A stretch of 27,107 bases of DNA from a virus (Duplodnaviria; Caudoviricetes). The DNA is taken from positions 1 through 27,107 of the IMG/VR virus record IMGVR_UViG_3300044617_000782. One strand, written 5' to 3'. Position numbers and translations under genes: made by a program. Within the stretch, counting starts at the first letter, position 1. Every line of letters starts with the position of its first letter. Positions 9,101 to 16,901 of this stretch are shown in pieces. Below the pieces are notes generated by a model. That model saw only the letters and a list, made by a program, of their open reading frames with translations. It was not told the origin of the DNA and made no database searches.

Positions 9101-12100
9101 CCGCTTCCTTGGCCAAGTAGACCGGCATCTCGTCGACCTCGATCGTGACCTCGGCGCGGATCGTCTTCTCCCAATCCTTGGCTTGTTTCTGCAGGTCTTT
9201 GATCGCCTTGTCGCGGGCCTTCACGTTAAGCGCGAGGTCGCGCATCGAGCGCTTGTTCAGGCGCTCGGCCGCGGTGGCGTCGGCGTCCACGTCGGGCACC
9301 AGGCCAGCCACCCCGTTGGCCTGCGCGATCTGCTCGTCGGTGGCCAGCATGCGGTCCATGACGCGGCGGATGTCGTCGTTCAGCGGGGTCTGCTCGGCGT
9401 CGGGCTTGCCGGCCAGCATCTGCTTGATCGACCCGTACACCGACTTCAGCCAAGTCGCGAACCGGCGCATCAGTGGCTGGAGCTCGACGCTGGGGGCCCT
9501 GCCCTCCATCACGTACTGCTCGATGCTCTCGGCCCAGCGCTCGTGGTACTTGCGCTTGCCGTCCAGGTCCAGCGCGTTCCAGGCGGCGAGATCCTTGACC
9601 CCGGCCCACTTCAGGAACGCACCCATGTCCTCGACGATCTGCGCCGGCGCGTTCGGCTGGCTGGCGATGTCGGCCATCACCTCGAGGAAGAAGTGGCCGG
9701 TCTCGTGGAAGAACGTCGACAGGTTCGCGTTGGGGTTGAGGACGAGCTCGAGGGTCTTGGGGTTGAACGTGCCACGTGGGCCTTGCTTCAGGATGTCGGG
9801 GTCCGACTCGTCGAACGCGCCACTGTTGCCCAACCGGCTCTTGATCTGCGTGGGCTTGAACGCGATGAAGTGGACGGTGTCGGCGTCCATGCCTTTCATG
9901 CCCTTGCCGTACTTGCGCTGGCCTTCGCTGGCGCTGCCGAACTTCTCGTCGACGGTCTGGTCAATGAACCCGTCGAAGCCGGCCGCCTCGAACGCGCGGC
10001 GCAGGATCTCCTGCGGCGCCAGCTTGCCGTCGGACTCGTAGTCGGTGGCGTAGACAAGCCCTTCGGACAGTTTCGCGGTGGCGATGAGTTCACGCGCGGA
10101 GATGCCGCCGTTGCCCATCGCCTTCTCCATCAACTCGCCGATTGTCTGCTCGACGTCGGCGTCATCGTAACGCTCGTCCTGCGCCACCTCGCGCAGCGCT
10201 TCGATGACGTTGATCAGCGTGCCGGTCGGCTCGCCGTATTCGTCGGTGTCTTCGTCGTAGCTTTCCTCGTAGGTGAGGAAGGTCTCGCGCGATCCGCCCA
10301 GCACCGCAGGGTTTTGCATCTTGACCCAGACCGGCATGGTCAGGCCTTCGTTGGCCATCCACTTGTCGCGGGCGATGCGCTTCGCCTCGTCAGGATCTAG
10401 GTCGTCGTTCGACTCCAGGCGCTCGGCCTCGCCCTGGATCTTGTTCGTCAGGTCCGGCCCCATGCCGGCGTAGTTCTCGCCGACATCTGCAGGGTTGTTG
10501 GTGAAGTAGAACCCGCGCCCGAGGTCGCTCTCGATGTTCGCCATCGAGGTGTCGAACGTCGTGAAGTCGCCGGTGGTGCCGTGCAGCGCGGCGACCACCA
10601 CGGGCTCGCCGTCCCTGAACTCGTGCGCGTCGCCCAGGTCAACGCGCGTGGCGTCGCCTACGAAGCGGTCGAATCCGTCGGACTGGTTGAGGACACCCCC
10701 GGATGCGGCACCGGCCGCGGCGTCACGTCCGCTGCCGGCGGCGGTTCCTCCTGGTTGATCGGAAGCTCGTCGGTAGCTACTTCCGAGCGGTTGAGGGCCG
10801 GCTGTTGCAGACGCCCAATCTGGGCGTCCGATACCGCCAGCCAGTTCAAAGATCCGCTTGATTGCTTGCTCATGGGTCAGTTCTCCAGCGCTTACTTTCG
10901 ACCACACCTCGGCGACGTCACGCTTGAGCGCAGCCCCCTTCGCGTCGTACAGAAGACGCACTGCCTCCCAGGTGATCGATTGTAGTTCTCGGGGGAGGAT
11001 GCCAAGCTCGGCGGCTAGTTCCCTGTACGCATCGGCGTAGACCCCGTAGGCGCCCGTTGAGCCTGTGATGCTCGACCCGCCGATGCCCGCAAAGCCGCGC
11101 GCCGCGTCGTCCTTGCTGACGCCGCCAGACAGCACGTTCTGCACCTCGTGCGTCGTGCCACCCAGCGGGCGCAACAGTGCCGCGGCGACGGCGTGCGTGT
11201 CAATGGTGACGTCCTCGCCGGCGTAGGGGGCGACGATGTTGTTGAAGAACGAGCGGACCTTGTGGGCCCCGCCAGCGATCTTGCTGCGCGCTTCCGGGGT
11301 CCGCGCGACCAGCGCCGCGATCGCCTTGCTGATCTCGCCGGCCGAGCCCCAGCGCAGCGGCGTCGGCGTGCCGTCGGCTCGCGCGGTGAACAACTGGTCG
11401 GTGAAGGTGCCCTCGGGCGTGATCACCGAAAGCTCGCGCGGGTTGTGGGCCTCGTCGTAGGCGCGGACCCACCAGGCCATGCGGACGAACGAGTCGACGT
11501 CTGCCGGGTCGTACATCTGGCGCAGGGTCTTGCCCTCGACGTCCCTGACGTACTGGCTGATCGTCTTGTCCTGGAACCAGCCGCGCGCGTTGGCGACCGC
11601 GGTCATCTCGGACGACCACGGGAGCTCGCTCTTGGTGACGACGATGTCGATGACACGCTCGCCGCCGGTGACGTTCTCGAACCAGTTCTTCTGGGGCGAC
11701 AGCGCGGCGATCGCCAGCGCCACGTTCTCCAGCGGCACGCCGTAGGTCTCCGACAGCGCGCGCGCGATGCGGTTGCCGCCGACGTACCACATGCGAGCAC
11801 GTTCCTTGAGGTCAGCCGGGAAGGCGTCAACCAGCGCGCGAAGGTTGTCCTTCATGTGCTGCTTGGCCTGCTCCAGCACCTCGCGTGGCGTGCCTTTCAT
11901 GCCGGCGAAGTTCGGGTACTTCAGGAACTCCGCGGCGGTCTTGTCGATCATCGACTGCGGCATCGCGGCGATGGTCGGCTGCAGCCTGTTCTCGCCGAAC
12001 CCGTTCTCGGCGGCCTTGAGCGCACTCGGCATGCGCGGCGACACGCGCGCCTCGTTGAGTGACGACGCACGGTCGGCGTCGTTCTCTTCCGGGGGTTCGA

Positions 12101-14363
12101 CGCGCTGTTCCAGCACCGCGTTCGCTTCTTGCCGGAACGTCTTCTTGGCGTCGCGGATGTCCTCCATCGTGCTGACACCGAACTGCTTCTCGGCCTCGGT
12201 GCGGCTGATGAAGTTGCCGGCGGCGTCGATGAACCCGGTGTTGTCGGTGCCCTGGTCCCACTCAGCCGACAGCCGGCCCCACGCCCCCGTGGTCTCGCCC
12301 TTCGGCACGCTGTTGATGGCGCCCTGGTGCGACCAGCCGGTGTAGACGGTGCCAGTCTGGGGGTCACGCATCGCGGCGCGCATGCCTTCCAGCGCGCGCT
12401 GCTTCTCAACGCGGGTCTCCCACTCGGACTTGACCGCTGCCTGCCCGGCCTCGACCTGCGGTTGCATGGCCTTCAGCTTGGCCAGCAGGCTGTCGAGATC
12501 CTGGTCCATCACCTGCTGCCCCGCGCTGCTGGGCTCGCCCAGGATGCGCAGCGGAAAGCGCTGCTGGAACTCGGTCGGCGTCATGCCGTTGCGCGCGGCC
12601 TGCGTCGTGTAGTACGACGCCAGCCAGTGCGCCTTCATGTCGTTTACCGTCTTGCGGAACCGACTGGTGGCGTTCAACTGGTCTGCGTACAGTTTGTGGA
12701 TCGCGTCGTACTCGGCGCGCGCTGCGTCTTGGTCCTCGGCCTGCTGGATGATCTGCTGGGCACGCGCGGTGACCCGCTCAAACTCAGGCCCGACCTGTTT
12801 AGCCTCGGCCTGCGACAGCGCGAACGGGTCCACCTTCGCGTTCTCGACGACAACCTGCTCCAGCGGGGTGCCTGGCGCGATCGTCAGGAGATCCGCCACC
12901 GCGATCTCGACCGTGTTGCCGGTGGCGGCCGCAGTGCTGATCTCCGACCAGACCTGCTCGGGCAACTGCTGCAGGAGCTCGAGCGGCAGCTGGTTCAGCA
13001 CCTCGCCGTCAATGTGGATGGTCGAGCCGTCGGTCATCGACTGCATCAGCGCGCGGAACTGCTCGGGGCTGCGCTCGCGCAGCGCGGCGGTGCCGGCGGT
13101 CTTGAGCGCTTCGGCCAGGTTGTCGGCGTTCTGCTTCGCTGCGTCGGCCTGCTGGGCGCGCTTTTCGATCATGCCGGCGACCTGCTCGCTGGCCTGCTGC
13201 GTGGCGCTGACACCACCGCCAGCGCCCACCCCGCCCATGATCGAAGCCAGCACGCCCTCGGACAGGCTCTTGCCCTCGTCGTAGGCGAGCAGCGCGGCGA
13301 GGTTGCTGTTGACCTGCTGCAGGCCCTCGGTGCCGCCCTCGGCGACCATCGCCTTGGCGAGGCCCTTCAGCCCGTTGCCCTTAGCCCCGAGCACCTTGTC
13401 GAGACCGTACTTCTCCAACAGCGCGTTGACGATCGCGGTCTGCGCGACGGCCTGCGTGAAGTCGGCGTCGCTGATCTTGATGCCGGTCTTCTGTTCGAAC
13501 TCAGCGGCGTTGCCGGCCTGCTCCATGCCCTCGAGCCAGCCCATGAACGCGACCGAGCCGCCCGACTTCATCGCGAGGTACAGCGAGGGGATGGCCTGCG
13601 ACATGAACGCCGACCAGTAGTTCGGGTCGGTGACCACCTGTCCGATCTGCTCGAGGTTGCCGGTCTGCACCGCGGTAGCCAGCGCCTTGTCCGCGTTCTG
13701 CGCCAGCGTCTGCACGTCGGCGAAGGCGCTGCCGAAGGTCTCCTTGTCGGTCAGGATCTTCTGAGCGTCGTTGACCTGGTCGGCGATGTTGGTCGTGCCA
13801 CCCATCGACCCGACGGCCGGAACCCGGCCCTCGCTGATGAAGCGGATCACGTCCTGCACCCCGCGGATGGGGTTCAGGTTGCGCGGCAAACCGGTGCGCT
13901 CGACGGTCTCGGCAAGGTAGCCGACCGCGCGCTGCGCAGCGTCAGGCGTGCGCCAGATGCCCTCGCTGATGCCGAGCACGGCGCTGCCGACGCTGGCGGC
14001 CGCGACCTTGGCGAAGCCGCTCTCGATCTTGGCCAGAGGCTCGATGTCGTCCTGCGCCATCGCTGCCAGGCGTGCGTTCGCGGCCATCGCCGCCGCCAGC
14101 TTCGGGCTGGTCTTCAGGCGCTCGTCGGCCTTGTCAACCGCCTCCTGCACGCGCACGTCGGCGAGGTTGCGGTAGAGGGTGTCGACCGGCGCGGGGTAGC
14201 GCTTGGCCAGGCGCTCGGCCTCGGCCATGTCGTCGGGCTTGATCGTGGCCGCGGCCTTGAGCACCGTGCGGACGGGGGGTGTGCCCTCGGGCACTGCGGT
14301 CGTGGGGTCGAACTCAACGGGCCGCGCGGTGCTGGGGTCGAATGTCACTTGACGGGTTCCCAC
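6165..14363 (-). CDS. Giant internal virion / ejection protein, polyvalent (2732 aa): LPD22-like N-terminus, glycosylase-like domain, ADP-ribosyltransferase (ART-PolyVal-like), HExxH metallopeptidase
   Basis: Occupies the T7 gp16-equivalent position. ART motifs: LHGT, GRGFYFT, MPVWVKMQNP, GFDG, AFKPTQIKSRLGNSGAFD. Zincin motifs: FFHETGHFF plus HERWAESIEQY. Glycosylase-like segment: WY...AALSPQKNW..N...KVRSFFNNI...VTIDTHA...ELQSITW. Gly/Ala-rich hydrophobic helices in the N-terminal third. Confidence 0.88.
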   Translation of the reverse strand: MGTRQVTFDPSTARPVEFDPTTAVPEGTPPVRTVLKAAATIKPDDMAEAERLAKRYPAPVDTLYRNLADVRVQEAVDKADERLKTSPKLAAAMAANARLAAMAQDDIEPLAKIESGFAKVAAASVGSAVLGISEGIWRTPDAAQRAVGYLAETVERTGLPRNLNPIRGVQDVIRFISEGRVPAVGSMGGTTNIADQVNDAQKILTDKETFGSAFADVQTLAQNADKALATAVQTGNLEQIGQVVTDPNYWSAFMSQAIPSLYLAMKSGGSVAFMGWLEGMEQAGNAAEFEQKTGIKISDADFTQAVAQTAIVNALLEKYGLDKVLGAKGNGLKGLAKAMVAEGGTEGLQQVNSNLAALLAYDEGKSLSEGVLASIMGGVGAGGGVSATQQASEQVAGMIEKRAQQADAAKQNADNLAEALKTAGTAALRERSPEQFRALMQSMTDGSTIHIDGEVLNQLPLELLQQLPEQVWSEISTAAATGNTVEIAVADLLTIAPGTPLEQVVVENAKVDPFALSQAEAKQVGPEFERVTARAQQIIQQAEDQDAARAEYDAIHKLYADQLNATSRFRKTVNDMKAHWLASYYTTQAARNGMTPTEFQQRFPLRILGEPSSAGQQVMDQDLDSLLAKLKAMQPQVEAGQAAVKSEWETRVEKQRALEGMRAAMRDPQTGTVYTGWSHQGAINSVPKGETTGAWGRLSAEWDQGTDNTGFIDAAGNFISRTEAEKQFGVSTMEDIRDAKKTFRQEANAVLEQRVEPPEENDADRASSLNEARVSPRMPSALKAAENGFGENRLQPTIAAMPQSMIDKTAAEFLKYPNFAGMKGTPREVLEQAKQHMKDNLRALVDAFPADLKERARMWYVGGNRIARALSETYGVPLENVALAIAALSPQKNWFENVTGGERVIDIVVTKSELPWSSEMTAVANARGWFQDKTISQYVRDVEGKTLRQMYDPADVDSFVRMAWWVRAYDEAHNPRELSVITPEGTFTDQLFTARADGTPTPLRWGSAGEISKAIAALVARTPEARSKIAGGAHKVRSFFNNIVAPYAGEDVTIDTHAVAAALLRPLGGTTHEVQNVLSGGVSKDDAARGFAGIGGSSITGSTGAYGVYADAYRELAAELGILPRELQSITWEAVRLLYDAKGAALKRDVAEVWSKVSAGELTHEQAIKRIFELAGGIGRPDWASATAGPQPLGSSYRRASDQPGGTAAGSGRDAAAGAASGGVLNQSDGFDRFVGDATRVDLGDAHEFRDGEPVVVAALHGTTGDFTTFDTSMANIESDLGRGFYFTNNPADVGENYAGMGPDLTNKIQGEAERLESNDDLDPDEAKRIARDKWMANEGLTMPVWVKMQNPAVLGGSRETFLTYEESYDEDTDEYGEPTGTLINVIEALREVAQDERYDDADVEQTIGELMEKAMGNGGISARELIATAKLSEGLVYATDYESDGKLAPQEILRRAFEAAGFDGFIDQTVDEKFGSASEGQRKYGKGMKGMDADTVHFIAFKPTQIKSRLGNSGAFDESDPDILKQGPRGTFNPKTLELVLNPNANLSTFFHETGHFFLEVMADIASQPNAPAQIVEDMGAFLKWAGVKDLAAWNALDLDGKRKYHERWAESIEQYVMEGRAPSVELQPLMRRFATWLKSVYGSIKQMLAGKPDAEQTPLNDDIRRVMDRMLATDEQIAQANGVAGLVPDVDADATAAERLNKRSMRDLALNVKARDKAIKDLQKQAKDWEKTIRAEVTIEVDEMPVYLAKEAVERAVKETDADPVAADAKLDSIATQYGFTSIDHMAREIENAQPKAEVIDGRTNQRMLEEHGDLVDERAIQQAANEAVHNEARARALATELRAQSEMLNERTDTGETNKRGARITVNALVEAAKQFAANVVGRTTIRDMKSKAWQHTAAERRAAAAWQEATAAGKTADAVKAKQDQVLNNAAAKAALEAEAKVRGLLDYLKKFDKAGAREKLPPEYLDQIDKLLERVDLRVSTTGRDIDRRASLAKWIESQHAIGLDPVLPDSLLEDMRLKSYKEMTYEEFVELTESIKNIEHLGRLKSKLLAAKDKREFDAIANEWADSIRANGGKPRPVKLEPDGRIVSFFKGAWAEHRKLNSLIRQMDGGEAGGPGFRFLIQSMNERGTQEDTALEKATMALADIFAPLDKLPGGLSGDKRFIPEINNSLSRAGRLAIALNWGNAQNRQRVMDGDGWTEAQVNAILGTLSTAELQFVNQVWEHLDSYWPDVKAKQMRVSGVVEDKVEAEPFVLTSADGAQVQMRGGYYPIKYDADRSVRAQINDAKEIAADMLRGAMLRPTTRRGHTKARVDEIKGRPIRKDLAPITQHVSQVVHDLAWHEWAVDANRLLADPRISAAIRDHHGAETHRAMTEAVEAIVVGDLAKQTQIDKLLLQMRANVTRSIMGVSATTALLQPFGLTQSMARIGVMPVLKGAGRWAGDAARMESTVEWIHGKSEFMRLRAKTFNRELREINQTIQGKWKVTKVMDAVLFYPMQKMQMIADVPTWVGMYEKALAEGVDEGTAVALADEAVLSAQGGGGTKDLAGVQRSLPFLTQFYSYFSTTLNLVAEKTALTDFKNPRAVAGWVGDMALLAIIPAILPALITFALKGGGEDDEPEDWAKRLAEWQAGYLLGMFVGLRELPTLWSPFDYGGPPAAKLLNDGKRLVQQAGQGEIDDPAILAAIGFLGTALGLPTTQVIRSYKGWKAWDEGDAPPTSILFGPPPKD
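10658..10873 (-). CDS. Candidate nested +1-frame small protein (71 aa, acidic/Pro-rich) inside the giant gene
   Basis: ATG at 10873 with GGAG 9 nt upstream. Hand count over these 71 codons: about 31 A/T third positions in the host frame versus about 19 in the nested frame. The rest of the giant gene is overwhelmingly G/C at third positions. Confidence 0.45.
   Translation of the reverse strand: MSKQSSGSLNWLAVSDAQIGRLQQPALNRSEVATDELPINQEEPPPAADVTPRPVPHPGVSSTSPTDSTAS
10979..11005 (-). promoter_or_regulatory. Possible internal sigma70-like promoter TTGGCA-N15-TACAAT
   Basis: Both hexamers match consensus 5/6 and are built partly from codons rare in this genome (CTT, CTA, CAA). It lies about 100 nt upstream of the nested ORF. 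The 15-nt spacer is short. Confidence 0.35.
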
Positions 14364-15907
14364 TTGCCGCCGCCGAGATACTTGGCGCGGTTGTTCTTGG
14401 CGTCGGTGTAGACCTTGCCGACGGTGAACTGGTCGGGCTTCATCGCCGCGTTGCGCACGTCGCGCGGCGCGGTGTAAGCCGGGCCCCTGGTGTCCCAGAT
14501 CCAGCCCGGCTTGATGACGACGTCCTGCACCAGCTTGTCGAGGATGGCCTGGCGCTCGTCGTAGGTCGGCTCCTTGCCCTTGGCCTTCAGGTGCTCGTTG
14601 AAGAGGTCGTAGGCGGCGGCCTGGAACTGGCCGAGCTTCTCGCCCTTCAGGTCCATCTGGCGCGTGAAGGAGCCGATCTGCTGCTCGCTGGTGGCCACCT
14701 CCACAGTCTTGCCGGGGTTGTTGCGCTTGGTCTTGATGTCGAGCAGCTGCTCCAGCTGGGGGCCGGCGATCTTGGTCGTCAGGGCCTGCAGGTTCACGCT
14801 GTCGCGCACGGCGGGGTCGTCGCTGAACAGCTTCTCGCGGGCATCGATGTAGACCTTCCAGTCGGTCTTGACGGTCTCGCCGCTGGCCGCCTGTTTGGCG
14901 CGGTCCTTGAGATAGTCCTGCAGCGTCACGCGCTCGCGGCCGTTCATCTGCATCAGCACGCGCTCGGGTACGCGCTTGCCCTGGCCCACCATCTGCCAGG
15001 CCTGATCGCTGGCGCCGCGCTCGCGGTCGACCTGCGCCTGGCGCTCGACGGCGGCGATGTTGTTGAACTCGGCGCGGGTCTTGGTCAGGCGGTCGGGGTC
15101 GCTGATCTTGGCCAGCGCCTCGGCGCGCTGGTCGGCCGGCAGCGCGTACACGCGCGCGGCCTCGGCCTTGGCGAACTGGTTGTCGCCCTCGGCCTTGAGC
15201 ACCTGCTCGACCCGGGCCTGCGCGCTGGCCGGGATCTCGCCCTTGCTCGCGGTGTAGTACGTGCTGGCCTTGGCCGCGTCGCGCTCGGCCAGCGTGCTGA
15301 TGTAGGCGAGGTGCAGCGTGCCCAGCAGGCGCTGCTGCTCGGCCTGCACCATCTCGGTCGTCCAGCCCTTGCGCGCGCCCTTCTCGGCGGCGATCTTGCG
15401 CACCTGCGACGCGGCGCCGGCGGTGTCGCCGGTGTCGACAGCGAAGTCGATGCTGGTCTGTGCCGCGGCCTCCGCGCTGTCGTCAGCGAAGCGCTCCTTC
15501 TCGCTGTTGACGTGGCCGAGCACCGAGCCCATCGCCTGGTTGCGCTTGCGCCCCAGCTGCTGGCTGATGGCCCGCTGGGCTAGGGGGCTCAGGTCTTTGC
15601 CGTAGGTCTCACTGGCCTTGTCCCACCACTTGGCCGCCTCGACCTCGTACTCGCCGACGTTCTGCCCGCGATACTGCTGGCGCGCCTTGGCGTCCCACTG
15701 CAGCCAGCCGGCGGTGATCTCGGTGTCGACCCGGTTGGCCTCGGTCTCGGCGTCGCGGCGCACGACCTTGTCGATCTCCCCGCCCACGTTGCCGAGCGCG
15801 CCGGCCAGTGCGCGCATCCCCGACGAGACGTCGATCTCGCGCTGCTGCACCGGCTGCAGCGCGTTGCTGCGAACCTGGGGGCCACCGTAGACGGGAACCT
15901 GGGCCAC
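14345..15907 (-). CDS. Internal virion / ejection protein (T7 gp15-equivalent position)
   Basis: 520 aa, GTG start, helical Ala/Gln/Lys-rich. N-terminus MAQVPVY...ALAGALGNVGG is typical of these proteins. Lies between the gp14-like gene and the giant gene. Confidence 0.75.
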   Translation of the reverse strand: MAQVPVYGGPQVRSNALQPVQQREIDVSSGMRALAGALGNVGGEIDKVVRRDAETEANRVDTEITAGWLQWDAKARQQYRGQNVGEYEVEAAKWWDKASETYGKDLSPLAQRAISQQLGRKRNQAMGSVLGHVNSEKERFADDSAEAAAQTSIDFAVDTGDTAGAASQVRKIAAEKGARKGWTTEMVQAEQQRLLGTLHLAYISTLAERDAAKASTYYTASKGEIPASAQARVEQVLKAEGDNQFAKAEAARVYALPADQRAEALAKISDPDRLTKTRAEFNNIAAVERQAQVDRERGASDQAWQMVGQGKRVPERVLMQMNGRERVTLQDYLKDRAKQAASGETVKTDWKVYIDAREKLFSDDPAVRDSVNLQALTTKIAGPQLEQLLDIKTKRNNPGKTVEVATSEQQIGSFTRQMDLKGEKLGQFQAAAYDLFNEHLKAKGKEPTYDERQAILDKLVQDVVIKPGWIWDTRGPAYTAPRDVRNAAMKPDQFTVGKVYTDAKNNRAKYLGGGKWEPVK

Positions 15908-15910
15908 GGG

Positions 15911-16441
15911 TCAGGTCCAGCCGCCGTGGCCCGCGCCGAGGTTGCTCTTCGGCTTGCCGTAGTCGTACCACTTGCCGGCGACCTGGCCGCCGGTGGACAG
16001 CAGGGTGCTGAAGGCCTGCATGTTGGCCTGCGTCGCAGCGGCGTTGCCGGCGGCGGCCGCGGCGCTGCCACTGGCCCGGGCCGACCAGGCGTCGCGCTGC
16101 GCGTTGCTGCGGGCGGTGGACATGTCGGTGGCGCCGAAGAAGTCGGTCTGGTCCTGCAACTCGGCGCTGGTGCCGACGCCCAGGTCCAGCCCCTTGGCGG
16201 CCATGCCCGCGCGCTGCGCGCCCTTGATCTGGCTGGCGCGCTGGCGCACCTGGTTCGCCTGCTCGTCGCCGCGGCGGATCGCGTCCTGCGCAGCGTACTC
16301 GGCCATGATCTGGTTGTTGCGGCCGGTGGCCTTGGCCACGCGCCCCTGGTCGTAGGCGCTCTTGGCCGCGAGCACGCCGGCGGCCGCGGTCGTGCCGAGC
16401 GCGACGGTCGCCATCGTCGACAGGGTGATCGGCTCACACAT
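15911..16441 (-). CDS. Internal virion protein (T7 gp14-like)
   Basis: MCEP N-terminus followed by a hydrophobic Ala/Gly segment, QIKGAQRAGMAAKGLDLGVGTS and a C-terminal amphipathic segment. Both motifs and position are typical. Confidence 0.85.
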   Translation of the reverse strand: MCEPITLSTMATVALGTTAAAGVLAAKSAYDQGRVAKATGRNNQIMAEYAAQDAIRRGDEQANQVRQRASQIKGAQRAGMAAKGLDLGVGTSAELQDQTDFFGATDMSTARSNAQRDAWSARASGSAAAAAGNAAATQANMQAFSTLLSTGGQVAGKWYDYGKPKSNLGAGHGGWT

Positions 16442-16901
16442 GGTTCATCTCGAAGAGGTGGAACGGCTCGCCGTTGTGGGTGTGCGCGGGACGCAGCACG
16501 AAGCCGCTGCGCTTGAGCCAGCGCACCGCCACCGTGTTGCGGGCGTGCACGACGTTCACGAGGCGTGGGTAGGCCTGCAGCATCGCCTGAATGTAGACGG
16601 GCGCGAGGCGGGCAAGGGCACGCCGGTTCTGGGTGACGAGCTCGGTGCCGAGCATCCACGGGATGCCGCGGGGGTCGAGCAGCGAGCCGTGGGGCGCGAC
16701 GCCGAAGATGCAGGCCACGCGCCCCTCGACCAGCGCTGTCAGCGACCAGTCACTCATGGCGACGCTGTCCGCGATCGTGCGCTGGTGGTCGGCGTGGCCC
16801 GAGGCGTCGAGCTCGTCGCGGTCCTGCTGGCGCAGGTTGGCGGCCAGTTCCTCGATGTGCGCCGGCGTGGGCGCGACGACGTCAACCGCCGACCGCGACA
16901 T
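16434..16901 (-). CDS. GNAT-fold / T7 gp13-like virion assembly protein
   Basis: LRQQDRDEL, PWMLGT and LVNVVHARNTVAVRWLKRSGF motifs. Conserved position after the nozzle gene. Confidence 0.85.
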   Translation of the reverse strand: MSRSAVDVVAPTPAHIEELAANLRQQDRDELDASGHADHQRTIADSVAMSDWSLTALVEGRVACIFGVAPHGSLLDPRGIPWMLGTELVTQNRRALARLAPVYIQAMLQAYPRLVNVVHARNTVAVRWLKRSGFVLRPAHTHNGEPFHLFEMNHV

